Under the pieces are notes generated by a model. That model ran no database searches. It was not told where the DNA came from and saw only the letters and a program-made list of their open reading frames with translations. The translations under genes and the position numbers were made by a program. This document shows positions 37,701 through 52,337 of a DNA stretch of 64,000 bases, piece after piece. Numbering within the stretch: the first letter of the stretch is position 1; the number at the start of each line of letters is the position of its first letter. Source of the DNA: Adineta vaga (taxonomy: Eukaryota; Animalia; Rotifera); the NCBI GenBank assembly GCA_021613535.1, contig CP075496.1:4960001-5024000 (forward strand). The letters are read 5' to 3'.

Positions 37701-40700
37701 GCTGATATTCGTTCATGTGATGTAACTGATAAAGTTCAAGATATTCTTCGTAGTGATATACCTACATTTATTCGAAATCAAATTTTGAATAAATTCAAGG
37801 ATCTTGCTGGAAAAAATCCCATTTTTCGTATACCATTAGAAATTGGTGCAGCATCAGCAGCTGCTAATGGTTTGACATTGTATAAGTCAGCTCAAGTTGG
37901 TATTGTAGCTGATTTATCTTCGGATTTTAAGAATACACATGATAATGATGGGTTAGGAATGTTTAAATTAACTAGTCAATCAGCGTAAGTGTTCGTTTCT
38001 AGGTGAAAATACGGAAAACAAAATACGATTGATTTCATGTAGAATAAGTTTTTCATTAACTCTTCAACGTGAAGTTGCATCACCATTGGTATCTGTAGGT
38101 GAAACTATTCAAATTGGTGCAATATCAAATGTTCCATTTGAATACACGGCTGTGGCAAATAAGGAAGGGCGTACAAGAGAATTTAATCTATTGAATACAC
38201 AATCAACACTTTTGGCAATGGAGTAAGTTCTTTTTCTTGAAGTCTTTTTCTATTTCTAATTTAATTTTTGCATCTATTGTGTAGCTTTAAATATGCATTA
38301 CGTACATCAAAAGGTTTCAAAAGTCTTCCAAATCCAAAATCAGCTGCGATCGATCCATCATGTACACCAAACAATGTGTACCGTGCATTGGGTATTCGAG
38401 CATGTTTAGAACTTAATCCATTTCGTTCAATTCAACTTGGCTCTCGACCATCGTATCCAATTACTGTAAGTATTTCATTAATATATCTCATTCGCAGATC
38501 GAATTTAAAATCAAAATGAACTGATATACTCCCACATCATTATTATTTACTTAATATTTCGATATATATATATATATATATATACAAGACTATGACAGAA
38601 CGTTTCATATAGATCAACTTACATAAAGATCCATCGATTAAAAAATGGCGTATTGGTTGGCGATTTAATGCTCAAGATGCTCCTCAATATGAAGTTGCTG
38701 TTGAAAGTGTCGGTGCCACTACTGCTTATCCCGGTAAGTCAAACACGAAAAAATGTTCTTCTATATCAATACAACAATTCTATTTCGTAGGTTTGGGTAT
38801 ATCTGCAACTAAAGCTGGCAATAATTTCAATATCAAAGTTTTAACTGGCATGAAATCATTTACTGTGAAAGGTAAGATTCAACTTTTTGATTTTGATTAT
38901 TTCAATCAACTTTTCCAATTACGCTAGGAACACAAAATGGTAATAAATTTGATGGAACAGTTATTTCTAGTGATAATAAAGAAGTAATGACTACATCAGG
39001 AACATTAACAATTAATAATGATGGATTTAAATTGGATAGTAAACTTGTTGATATTTCCAGTAAAAAAGAAGTTCTTTCATTAAAAACTGATATAATACCA
39101 AATCGTGGACAAGGTTTAACAGCAGATATTAATTTAACAACACCCGATAAAACACGATCATTTAAAGTTCATTGTAAGTTTCATAAATTTTTCTTATAAA
39201 ATCTTCGAAATATTTCTCTATTTTAATTAGTTCGTGGTGATATTTATCAACCTAAGAAAAAATTAATTCATATCGATTCAGGTTTCGTACTTGGTGATAT
39301 GAATTATCAAGGTAAAGCACATTTAGAACAAAGTCCTGAAACTACACGTATTGAATTACGTCGGTTAATCAAATTGAGTAAAGGTTCGACACAGAATGGT
39401 TATGATTTTATTTATGAACGTAAAAATAATCATAACAATAATCAACATAGTTATAATATTGCAACACATTTATCATTACGAACACCAGGTCGTGATGAAC
39501 CAATGAAACTGTTTGATTTAAAATCAGATTTTGCTCGAACGAATGATTTATCAAATGCTACACTTCATAGTTCATTGGATTTCATACTACTATCACGTAA
39601 TCCACCTGTTCCTGAACGTATTGAACTTGATTATGTTCGACGATCCGTACGATCAAATAGTCAAGCTAAACGTTTAATATCACCAGAAGCAAATTTGAAA
39701 GTTCAAGTAAAAACTAAATCTAATGTTTTTAATTTTCTTTTGGATCATCGTCATCATAAAAGTTCTGAAGCATCAAAAAAAGGTTAGTCCTCTTTTTTTC
39801 TAAACTTTATTTTATTTTTCTTCACAATTACTATTCTAGGACCTATTACTTCATCGCCAACATTAGATATTGCTAATAAGATTCACATTGCAGCAGATAC
39901 TGATAAATTATATCCCGATCTTCCACGTCCATTTGCTTTTGATGTTTTATCTGATCTTGATTTTGAATTATTAAACAAAGTTGATTATAAATTTCAATAT
40001 GATCTTCGTCGTCGTCAACGTTCAGGTGTATTTACTTATCATAGTCAAGTAGATAAAGTTACTGATCATCATCTCTTTTCTGGTACAAGTAAATCCGAAT
40101 TACAATGGGATAATAAAGAAAAGAAAGCAACGGCAACTGGTAGTTTTACAATTTGTACACGATCACGTTCATTAAAAACACATTGGGATATTGATACAAA
40201 TCTTGTTCCAGACAAAAATGATATGACATTAGATTTAAATGTTCGTTTTGATCGACAACCGAAAAAAGATGCAGCTAAATCTATTATTGCTGTATATAAT
40301 GTTACAATCAAAGCACCTAAACATGAAGCATTTCAATTAATTGATGTTGATGGTAATTTAACAAAACAATCGAATAAATTCGAAACATTCAATTCTATTT
40401 CTTATCGTGTGGATAAAAATTTAAAAGAAATCAATTTAAATGCAATCATTCATCGTAATCAAACGGGTGATGGTTCTTTACAAACTCATCTTGTCGCTTC
40501 ATTACCCTTTAAATATCTTCCATATATTATTCATGATTTAAATGTACAACGAGCTACACCGAATGGACGTATCAATCAAATTCGATCAAATCTTCTTGCT
40601 AAACCAGCTTTTTCACATTTTGCTCAAATTAAAATTGATCGTTCGAATGCAAATCGACCACCTCATGTCGAAGTTGAAAATGGGATTGAATATTTACGAG

Positions 40701-43700
40701 CAAATGGAGATAATTTACATGGATATTCGAAAGTTGATGTACATCGTTGGTCAACATTACATTCCTTTGGGTTATTAAAACGAAACAATGATGTTTTACA
40801 TCGACATTCAATTGGATATATTTTTTCCAATAAAACACGAAAAGTTGCATTATCATTAGAAAGTCCACAAATATCAGGAAATCCATTGAGTTTTATTGTT
40901 GACTTAACTATTGATCGAGAAAATCGAATTGGAAAATTGAAATGGCCACAAGAATTTGGTGTACATGTAGAATTCGGTACTCCATTGACAAATCTAACAG
41001 CATTACATGCTTTTTATAATCTTCCTATGTTTGCAAAAGATGCTGGTAGAAGTGTCGATGCAAATGTTGGTTTTCGTCTAGCTTCACCAGTAAGTTACAA
41101 AAAAAATTGACACATTTATTTCTTACCCCTCTCTCTCTCTCTCATTTAGAAAATTACTCCAATTAGTATGTATTTTCATGCTAAAGGATCATTGAATACT
41201 ACTTTGCATATTGTTGATACTGTCACTGTCGGTGATGATATATCATTAGGTGGAACATTAACCGCTCAATATAATCCTCAGTCTATTAGTCAACTTAGTG
41301 TTTCAACAGCAATGAAATTTTATGATAAAGAATTTCAAAATTCTATGTATGCACTTGTTAAACAACATCAAATTATCGTACGAGGAATTGTAAATACTTC
41401 CAATGATGAAGATTTTAAATATGAAATGGATATTGGTTTTGATGATGAAGCACTAACTGGTCATACAGAAAGAACAGATGGACAACAAACAATAATTTCC
41501 GATATTGATGCAAAAAAATGTACACCAACAGGCAAATTTAATCGTTGTTATAAAGGTGATATTATTGTTCGAACAAATAATAATGCAGCTGGACGAAAAG
41601 GTACATTTGATGTTAGTCTTGGCCGTGGAACAGCTAAATTAGATGTTAAAGTACCTGATCAAATCGAATTAAAATTTGATCATACACATACTGGTCGAAT
41701 ACGTGACGAAGATTTCAGTTCAAAAACAATGATGGAAGGAAAATCTTTACGATCCGATCATAAAGGTTCATTCAGTTATTCAGGTTCGGTAGAGAAAGAA
41801 GATGGTAAATGGAATGATGTACAAGTGAAAAGTACAGTAACAGATAAAAAAACTGGACAAAAATTATTAGCTGGTGATATTCATTTAAATCAAAAGATAA
41901 CCAATAAACTTTCAGGACAATATCAACGTAAAATTGATGTTAATCTTGAACGAGCAGGTAAGAAAGCAAAATTTTCAAAAATAAATTTCTTTAATAACTT
42001 TTTTCAAAGGTCATACTGTTCTTGATTGGTCTAGTGAAGCTGTTAGTTGTAAAGATAATCCATCGAATGTTCTCAATGGTATTTGTCAAACAGGAACATT
42101 TACTTTAAAAGCAAATAATCATTTGGTAACACGTCTTCGGCAACGTTTAGAATTACCAGTTGATCCAAAACTAACAAATCCAACTGGTCAAGTTACCTAT
42201 GATGGTACATTAAAATTAGATCTTAAATTCGATCCTAAAACAGGTCCACATACAGCAAATCTTGATATAAATCGTTTAAAAGAAGATGCAGTTGATCTTG
42301 ATGTTTCTTATCAACCACGATATGATAATGAACCAATGAATCTTCGTTTAAAAGCCAATCTTCCTCGACAATATCCAATATCCGTTAAATACGATGAAAA
42401 TCGCAAATCACCAACAAATTTTCAAGGTGTATTGAAATATTCTTTCAATGCAAATGATAATTCAGCCGAGAAAACTTATCAGTGTGATGTCGATCGACCA
42501 GATGCAAGTGATTTTTCAGTCAATTGTAAAGGTGAACGAACTACGCTAACCATTGATGTCGATCGTAAAATGGGCAAATCGAAAGTTTATGTTGATTTAA
42601 ATCGGTTCGAAGGCGAAAGAATTGGATATGAAGGTGTACGAAATCCAGAAACGAATGAAGTCGATGCTACGATCTATACTTTAGTTACTTCATGGAATAT
42701 TAAACGGCAACCAGGAAAATCAACAATTGTAACAGTAAAACAAAAAACTAAAGAAGTTCTTCGTGTTGAAGGTACAAAAGTAAATGATCATGAAATTCAA
42801 GTTAAATTCTCACCATCCAATGTGAATCTTAAGTAAGAATCATAAAGATTTTCTATTGGAATAAGAATGAATGGTTTTATGAATTTTAGACTTGAATGGG
42901 ATAATTCAACTGTTATTAGTCTCAAACAAACACAACCTCAGCAACGAAATATTGCGACAATAACTATTGATCGAGCACAAATTCGTCCTTATTTACCATC
43001 ATTACGTAATCAAAATCGTCCATCACATGATATTGATGAAGCATTATCAAAATCACGAAAACCTCTCGTTGAAATAGCTTTTGATTCTCATATATTTCTT
43101 TCACTTTCTCAAGCTTTGGATAAATTAGGTTCACATAATGGTTTTTATGGTTTGGATACAGTTAAAAAAGCATTCAAATTACAAATTGGTGATGCACCAT
43201 TTACAATTTATAATATTCAACATTGGAAAACTCATCGAGAACATAGTCATCTACCTGAAAGTTATTCTATTCGTCTTGTTAATAATGCCAATGGAAATTT
43301 AGTTCAAGTAACAACAAATAAATGGAATGAAGATCGATTAGTATCGAAAATAAGTCATTCATTTGATGGTGGAAAAACACTTACAACTGATATGAAACTT
43401 GACCGAAACTATGGACATCAAGTTGGTTCAGTCTACTTTTTTCATAGTATTGGTTATCGAAATATTCAAGCAGCAAGAGAACTTCGAGTACGTATTGATT
43501 CCAATTCATGTTTATCTATTTTACATTGTTTACATTTTGTTAGAACCATACACGAAATTTTGTTCGTAGTCATTTGAAGAAAGATCTGAATACGACAAAT
43601 ATTGCTGAATTAGTTCGCGATTTTCGTAAACGAATGCGTAATATTTTGGATGTGGATTATCAAGCAGTTAAAGCAATTGTTGATACATGGAATACAAAAG

Positions 43701-45562
43701 AACCAGAAAAAGGAATTCTTCGACAATGGTCGTAAGTAACAAATACATTTGTTAAATTAGAATTTCGATTCTTTCTTTGAAAATGTTTACATAGCAGAAT
43801 CCTATCGAGATTTATGAGTTTCGTAGAATAACAAAAAGTCTAAGTGAAACAAAACTTTGTTAATAACAATACTAATCAAATCTGAAAATTAGCCATGATT
43901 ATTGTTCTTTGAATCTATGTTTACACTAATTAGATCACCATTGTCATACAGAGGATCATACTTCATTGATGTCTTCATAAATAATTCTTTTCTCTCTAGT
44001 GCACGTCTTGGTTTAGCTGCATTTTTTGCTAAATACCCAACTTATGCTCAAGCATCTGATCGTATCTTTGCAATTCTTCGTGAACGTAGTGAAGAACGTG
44101 AAGAATATTGGCGTAATCGTTTTGAAGTTATTATGAATGATAATCGTCTAAAAGATTTATCTGATCGCGTTCAAATTCGTCGTCAAGCATTAATCAAACG
44201 TTTATCAGATCGAGCTGAAAAACTCCTTGATCGTTTAGTTCCAAAAATTGATCAAGCCAGTGTTGAAAAACGAATCACTGATTATGTCAATAAATTAATA
44301 GCTGTATTTGAACAATTTTCCAAACGAAATACTGAACAATGGAAAGCAATCTTTCGTGCTATTGATGATGCAAGTAAAGGTGAAGAAAATAAATGGTTTC
44401 GTACATTAGTTGCAGATATTGATTCGAATGCGTTTGCAACAGCAGCAGATGCTGAATTAACAAAAGTACTGAATAAATTACGAGATTCATCGAAATTATT
44501 TACTAGTAATCTTCATCATCTTTCAAAACGAATTACTAAACGACAAGAGGCTATTCGAGAACGAGTTACAAATGCCATTCAACATATTCCAAAAGTAAAT
44601 TAAAGATACAAATATTTATCTATATGAAATTCTTCTTCTTCTTATTATTATTCTTTAGGCTTATTTAAATGCGACAAATTTTGAATTGTTAGTCCCAGTA
44701 GGTCGTCAACCAGGTAGTTATACAGGTGCAAGTGAATTGATACTTGGTCTTGGTAGTTTACTTCGAAATCGTGATCAAGCATTCGATACAATTCGTTCAA
44801 TCTTAGAAAATCGTCTTACAACACGTTCAGAAACACTTCAAAATTATTTTAAAGCATTCCGTGCACTAGCTAAACGTGTCCTCAAACGTAATCCATCATT
44901 AACACCAGAATTTAAAGCAGTTGTTGCACAAACAGGTGATGCTATTGATGTACATGGAAATTATCTACATTTAAATACAGCATGTGATCATATTCTTGCT
45001 CATGATTTTGCTGATTTACAATTTTCATTTCGTTTAATTAATGGTAAAGTTCATTCTTTAATTCCCAATCAAGGTGAAATTAAAGATCATGAATGTTCAA
45101 ATACTGGTCGAGTTCAAGTTTGTAATCATGGAAATTATTATACTATGAATGTACCGATGTATTATGGTAAGTGAATGAATACACATAGTGAACTTCCAAA
45201 ATATATTCTTGTTTTGACTTGTGATGAAATAGGTGGTCGAGTTGATGGTGCACTTGGTGATGTACGTAAACGTGGTCATAGAGGACAAGATAAAATTAAT
45301 CAATGGCTATTACGAGATTGTCCAGCTGCTACACGTGATCAGCCAAAAAAGAATGAACAAACCGTTGTTGAATGTGTTAACGATGATGATGTAAGTTAGA
45401 TAACGTGTTGCTTTTTTGCAAATAAAACTTTGTTTTTCTTCTCTGATCAATTAGGATAAAGAACAATTTTGCGAAAATTTCGTTCGAAATGGTGTAAAAG
45501 ATGGTAAAGATCGACGAGAATTGATTTCACAAGCTTTACAAGCAAGTTGCGAATCAGCGTAA
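34769..45562 (+). CDS. Large lipid transfer protein (vitellogenin/apolipophorin-like)
   Basis: Signal peptide. Vitellogenin_N hallmarks (YKYKTEV, VNFIKGILSALQ, EEDVLGVCTTRY, KNKDLSTC, NQVNGFIWS, LYLKLFG). Long beta-rich middle, amphipathic helical region, degenerate vWD at the C-terminus (CDHILAHDF...GRVDGALG). More than 25 exons; roughly 2,900 aa by my estimate. Confidence 0.88.
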
Positions 45563-45829
45563 ACATTCTAAATAGATACGAATGGAATTCATTAAAAATT
45601 CCAATTAGCTTCTTTCTTCTTCTTTCGCATTTTGTAGTTTGATTTATCTTTTTGTTCTTGTTGTCATTTTACATGTTATTCATGCTAATCTTTATCCATT
45701 TACATTATCATGAAATTCAATAAAAGTTTTGGAAAATATACATAGATTATAGTTATGTTCGCAAATCCAATAAAAGTACATGCCATCGTTTTCTTTTTTC
45801 TGAAATAAAAGTCACTATACATCAGATAG

Positions 45830-46159
45830 TTAACATGTTTCTACACAAGGATCAGCTACTGTCTCTCGACGAACATATCCATATTTACAAACACATCCTC
45901 CTTGACAAGGCTCAGCACATGGTGATAAAGTCGTATTGTAAATACGATTCTCACAATTTATTTGCCTGCAGGGATTTGCACATGAACCAAAAATTTCATT
46001 GATAGATTCATCACAAGCTAGAAAATGATGAAGAATACTTCTCAGTATTACTGATAAATTCATATATTTACCTTTTCGTCGTCGACGAGCACATGTTACA
46101 TTACAAATAATCAGACAAACAACAAGAAAGTAGCGAAGATATTTCCATGAACCATTCAT
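45830..46159 (-). CDS. Small secreted TIL (trypsin inhibitor-like Cys-rich) domain protein
   Basis: Signal peptide, RRRRK, one intron (~46018-46071), then C..NE.FGSCANPC...C...C...CQGGCVCKYGYVR...CV..C. Confidence 0.85.
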   Translation of the reverse strand: MNGSWKYLRYFLVVCLIICNVTCARRRRKGKYMNLSVILRSILHHFLACDESINEIFGSCANPCRQINCENRIYNTTLSPCAEPCQGGCVCKYGYVRRETVADPCVETC

Positions 46160-46474
46160 ATTTTCTTTCAAAAGTATAAACACACCTTACAATATGATCA
46201 ACAAATAGTTGCATGAAAATTACATTTTCTTTCTCAAATGCATTCATGCATAAGATTGAGTTATACAAAAGAAAACGATTCGAATAAGGTAAAACCAACC
46301 AAAGGTGTACATTTTCAAGGTGACTCATCGATTTAAAATCAATGAAGCAGTGCAGACGATATCATTTTAATCAAATACTTAGTTTTTTCAATTAGTAAAA
46401 ACTACTTTATTAAACTACTTGCAAAAGCAAGCAGATATTGTGTAAAAAAAGACAAGAACATTTATTCTACAAAT

Positions 46475-47174
46475 TCATTCATCAGCTACATAATTCATCA
46501 TAATATCAAAATCTCGATAACTGACTCTTCCATCACCATCAACATCAAGTTGCCTATAAAACAATAATCTTTGATTATAGAATCATTGTTCTTCCACTTA
46601 CTTAAAAGCTAAATCGAGTACGTCAGGATTTAATTTAATATTCACACGTTCAAATGCATGAAGAAAATCATCTTTATTTAGAAAACCTTTACCTAAATAA
46701 ATCATGTTTAATAAAAATACGAAAAACAAGATAATATTCTTACATGTTCGATCAAGGATGAGAAATGTTTCACGATTTTCATCTTCACGATCAATCTGAT
46801 GCTTATATCCATAAACAAAATCAATAAATTGTTCTAGTGTTAATCCTAAATATATTCTGTGAATATTGTGTGTTCATTTCTTGATTTATTCATACCTGGA
46901 TGCGTTCGATTTGGAATGTTAGAAAGTAATCGTTCTATTTTATACTAGTAAAACAAAAATAGAATTGGTAAACAAGAAGAACATGTTCAAAATCTTACTT
47001 TATCCATTTTTAATCCATAAAGTCGAATCGATGCTACTTTAATATCTTCACGATCAAGATATCCTTTCCTTTTTCTATCACATTCATGAAATAACTATAA
47101 AGAAAAATAATATTCATTTCATTTGTGTTGTATTATTGAAGATTTCATACTTTTTCGATGTCATTTCTATTCAT
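46475..47174 (-). CDS. EFCAB11: EF-hand calcium-binding domain protein 11
   Basis: Six exons: MNRNDIEKLFHECDRKRKGYLDREDIKVA...RETFLILDRTCKGFL...LDVDGDGRVSYRDFDIMMNY. Confidence 0.82.
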
Positions 47175-47343
47175 TTTATTTTATCTACAATATCAAAATA
47201 GCTTATGTAGATGTATTCTCTAGAGCTAATAGATGAAAATTAAGAAAAAAAAATAAGAATAATCAAAACATCATCAGGTGAATTGCACTTAAAATCAATC
47301 AAAAAAAAAATCAAGTGTCCAAAACAAAAATCACGGGGTTGGT

Positions 47344-49556
47344 TTATGATTGACAATATTTACTCATACGTTGACGACTATCAATTTCAGTTTTTTGTAA
47401 TAAACGATAGATTTCATATTTATCTTTATGAAAATCAGTCATTTTGCTATCAGGCATGAATGTTTCAATTGGACATGCAATACCATTCAATAGATCTTGA
47501 ACTTGTTGAGCATCTTCTGCAACTAGTTGACCACTTATAGCTGAACCTAAGAGAACACAATCAATATTAGGATCCGATACATAAACAGGCATTTGAGCAA
47601 CATCCGCAATAATTTGTGTTAGTAATGGTATACGTGCTAATCCGCCACAAATTTGTACGACACGAAAATGATGACCAGCATTAGTCATTGCTTCAATTAT
47701 ATGTCGACTATCATAAGCAACAGCTTGTAAAACCGCTAAATATTGTATAGCTAGATTATTCAATGATGTATCAAAACGAAGACCAGTAATTGAGGCACCT
47801 AATTCCGCATCCGCTAATGGTGAGCGATTACCATGAAAATCGATGGTCATATGTAAATCACCACTTAGAAATGATATATTTCCAAGTTTATATTTCTTCT
47901 GTAAACTAGTTAAAACTTCATTTAAAACATCAAATATACTCGTATCATATTTGGCAGCTAATTCTTTTAATTCATTATAGGCAGGATGAATTTGTATAAC
48001 ATGATCGATCGATTTTCCAGCTGCTGATTGACCACCTTCACTAAGCCAAAGATTAGGAATTAAAACATTATAATGCGGACCCCAAACTCCCGGAACAAAA
48101 ACTGCTTTTTCACTACACGCCATAAAACAACTCGATGTACTAAATACGATAAATAGATCGAATTTATTCATGTTGTTTCCTTTATCTTACCCAGCAACGA
48201 TAACCAATCGGTCAGAAAGTTGAGTATCAGGTATGGGAGATTTACATGCTAATCCACCCAATGCTCCTGCATATGCATCAATTAATGGTGAACCAACATG
48301 AATACCTTGTGGTAATCCAAGTTCATTTGCTGCTTTTTGACATAAAATGTCTGTTGCAGAATTTGAAAATGGTTTTCGAACGATCTGACCTAGTTTTTCA
48401 CATTTATTTGCCATTAAATCGTCCAGATCCAATTTTGACCAAAATTTTTCATCCCATCCATGTGTTGTTACTGATGATCGATAACACAATTTACATACTG
48501 ATGAACAAAATGATCGATCTAATTGTTCTGTTGCACGAAAATGTAAATAATCCGGTAGATCGAAAAAGTGTCGTGCACGTTCCCATTGTTCTTTTGGTAA
48601 ATGTCTTTTTAACCACATTAATTTGCCTGGTTGCATTTCAAGACTTATTTTACCACCGAAATTTTTCAAAACTTCATCCGAACTCGAGTTAATAATCGAT
48701 GCTTCAGCATGTGCACGATGATCAAGCCACATAATGATATTTTGTTCATCACTACCCGAAAGAGAAACACTTACCGGTTGATATTTTTCATCGATAACAA
48801 CAAGTGAACATGTGGCATCAAAACCAATCGAACGAATACGTTTCAGTTCTTCGGATGTAAATGCTTTATCTTCAAGACTTTTACGAACACAATAACAAAT
48901 CGCTTCCCAGATATCTTCTGATGATTGTTCGTATTCAAGTGGAGCAGAAGACGAATGAAATGTCTAAATATTAAGCAAACAAAACAAAAAAAATAATATT
49001 TAAATTATCAACAGATCTGTTTGATTCATTATGATAAAAATAGTATTTTCTAATTGTGAGTAATTAGTTAATACTGATGTTAAAATAAGAGTGAAGATCA
49101 TATAGTGGAGTCCTTGTTTATTACTATGATTACAAACAATTATGTAAAATATTAAAGAAGATCTTTGTAAGAGGCACATAATAGATTTAATCAAATCTGA
49201 GAAGAAAATGAATTCAGCAATGTATGTTGAAAATCTGAATAGCATTAGCACTAGATATTTTCCTATCGCACTCGAATAAGAAACTTATTAAATAAACATG
49301 CTACATTAACAATGTCAATGCAACCGATAATTCTTTTTTTCAGCACGATTTGCTAAAGAATTAGAGTTGTAAAGAACATTCATTGCCTCGGGCTCATTTC
49401 TTTCTTAATTTATTCCATAGAATAATACTTCACCATACTTACACGAATTGGTTTTTGACATTGTGCAACTGGTGCCCATTTCTCATCAAAAATCATACAG
49501 CGAACACTTCCCGTTCCAACATCAACACCAATTGTATACGAGGGTGATGGTGTCAT
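47344..49556 (-). CDS. FGGY: FGGY carbohydrate kinase (D-ribulokinase-like)
   Basis: IGVDVGTGSVR, YEQSSEDIW, IGFDATCSLV, IIMWLDHRA, LIDAYAG, GTSSCFM, VPGVWGP, EGGQSAAG, DFHGNRSPLAD. Three exons. Confidence 0.95.
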
Positions 49557-49738
49557 CTGAAAATATTCTTCAAAAACAATATTTTATATTCTATTTATCA
49601 GTCAATGAATTAACAACCCGCAACCAAAAATATTTGATGAATAAAAGAAGAAAAAAATTAACAAACAAACAAACAGACAGGCACACACATACACACACGT
49701 ATCACGAATAATTGATAAAAGAAGATTTATCTTAGTAT

Positions 49739-51796
49739 TCATTTCGATAGTTTTCGAATATACTTAAAATACGAATAGAGAAATACTCCAAGCATCGTAA
49801 AACATAAACCAAATACTTGTCGTTGATTAAGTGGTTCATGAAAGATAAATGAACCAATAAATATAATCAATAAAGTTTTCGAATGTCCAATCATATTGTA
49901 CGCAACGGCAGAGAGATTTCCAATCACCCAAAATACGGAAAAATTTACAAAAAAAGCAACAAAACCACAAAGTAATATCAATGTTATTGTTTCAAAATTC
50001 ATAAATTTATCTAAATTTGAGATTGGTTCAAAGAATGGAACAATTATTAAAAGTAATAGACCGGATAATGGAGCTTGATAAAATAATAATTGTAACGAAT
50101 CACAATTATATACTTTTTGATAATGTTCAACAAGTATTTGATAGATTGCAGTAAAAAACATCGATACTACTGCACCTAAATCAAACAAAAACGAAGAATA
50201 TCAAAAGGAAATATTCATGAAAATATCTATTTACAGAAAAGACCAAACATATTGAATTGTAAATCATAATAAGTACTAATTAATGTACCAATAAACACTG
50301 GAAGAAATGATAATACAATTGGAAGTGGATAATGTGCTTTGAAAAACATCCAACTGATGAACATCACAGCTAAAATAGATCGAAAATAATCATTTCTATT
50401 CTTAGCTAGAGAAAATAAGAAAAGAGAAGACTTCTCATATAGCGTGATCAACTATAAGAGGGAAGAATCACGCCAACAAAATCTTATCCGTTATCTTTCG
50501 AAGTTAATTTACCTTGAAAATTCAATCATAAGAAAAACAAATTTACAATTCTAATTAGGATCATACAGCTGACGACCGCTTTCTTTCATACAGAAACGGA
50601 ATTTGGTAACAGATTTTTCTCTTCTGTGAACGCCAGTCAAGCTCCGATCGATATATATTCATCTGAATAATTCATATATGAAAAATAATAATAGAGAATG
50701 CTAATGTTCATTCCTACAAGCTACATGTATCTTTTCAATTTAATAAACTATTCTTATTAATATTCTTCTGAATAGAAATCGTAATAATCTATTGAAATAT
50801 CGTCAATCACTTACTTCCATGATTCAAGTAATCGATCCATTTGTCCAGACAAACTATTTTTTCATACGAATATTCTCTATTGTGTGTGGCTTATAAAGAC
50901 GGGGAAAAGACAAATGATAATAGTGTTGACAAACAACTGATACAGCTATCTTTTATTTTACGACTATGTACTGCTAGTGACCTTTAGTCTTATCGCCAAT
51001 ATGTACTTTCGTCAATGGTACATTTGCCATTGGTGAAATTCCTGAGGAATTTCGCCAATAAAAAAACTAAATCTTATTTTCATATTTGCCAATTGGCAAT
51101 TTTACTAGTATACTCCATCTATCTTAATAATTGACATCTGCTGATATGATAAAAGACGAACGTTATTCTTTCGTGATTTTATCGAAAAACAAAACCCTTC
51201 GAGAAGAATTTCTAGATATACATCGTTCAGTTTGTCTTGAAATATTCTTTGAGATGTTTATTTGTATAAATCAGATAGGATTTCTTACTAGGTGTGACTT
51301 GTAATTTGATAAGTTGATACGTTCCAACAGTATTATACTGAAGTGATAGATTACTAAATGCAATAAAACCTCCGAAACAGGCTGAGACTGGAATCATACT
51401 TATAATTGGTAACTTGATATAAGTCACTAATTTTGCTTGTAAACAGAAGACTAATAAAAGAGATGTAACAAAAAAATTTATCGTTGTCAGTGTTAAATTG
51501 GGAAAGTGATGTTTCACGTAGATCCTAGAAAAGAAACAAATTTAGTTTTTATATGAAATTAATCAAAATGAATAGTTCTACCATTTTGCTAAATTAATCA
51601 CGAGAATTGATGAAACAAAATTGACTGAAAATATAAATGTTGACCAAAAACAAGATTTAACTGCTCGTCGACTAGATATCATTGGTGGTGACGATTCATT
51701 TGATGCTGATTTATTAGATGATGCCAATGGAACGTTTAAAGGTATTTCTCGTTTGTCGAAGTCTTGATTATCTTTTGAAGACAACGGGTAAGTCAT
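49739..51796 (-). CDS. SLC35E3: Nucleotide-sugar transporter SLC35E3
   Basis: NFVSSILVINLAKW, FSNLSLQYNTVGTYQLIK, SLQLLFYQAPLS, VNFSVFWVIGNLSAVAYNMIGHSK. Confidence 0.9.
50990..51108 (+). mobile_element. Helitron-like 3' end / palindromic element in SLC35E3 intron
   Basis: Subterminal palindrome TTGCCAATTGGCAA (51086-51099), then CTAG (51105-51108) followed by T. A 31-nt palindrome at 51029-51059 and GCCAAT subrepeats lie upstream. The 5' end is not defined. Confidence 0.5.
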
Positions 51797-52337
51797 CAGT
51801 AAAAAACGTGGTTCTTCAATAGAAAAACAGAAAACAAATGTTGCTTATTATAATAAATAAAATAATATTCAAATGTGTATTACCTCTGGTGCTATATAAT
51901 TGCTTTGGTCCTTTACTTATACATCTAGTTTTAAATTAAAAAAAAGGAAAGAAAAAAAAGCAATTGAATTATTCTTATCATTTTATCGAATTGTAAATAT
52001 TTGAAAAAGAACACATTTTAATCGATCTTGTCACAAATATATAGACTACAACATAATTAAAATTGTGCGAGAGACAATATTTAAAAAGAAGAAGAAGTAT
52101 TAGAAAAAACCTGACTATTGATATTTTATCATTACTGCTTCGTCGCATTCATCCGTAACATGTGCAGTAGTATATAGAAAAAGAAATAAGTATACTATAC
52201 ATGCAACCATTGGATTTTTTTACTACATAGCGAAGGTGAGGAGACTGTCATAGGAACAAGAAAAAGAAAATGAGAATGAAAGCAAGGTAGAGGAAAGAAA
52301 AAATAAACAGTCAGAAAGGAAGAAAAAAAGTTGTGCC

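Noticed and set aside
48246-48692. 148-aa plus-strand ORF
   Set aside because: Antisense shadow of the FGGY exon.
50569-50600. CTGACGA...GAAAC hammerhead-like core
   Set aside because: No stem II or flanking stems can be formed.
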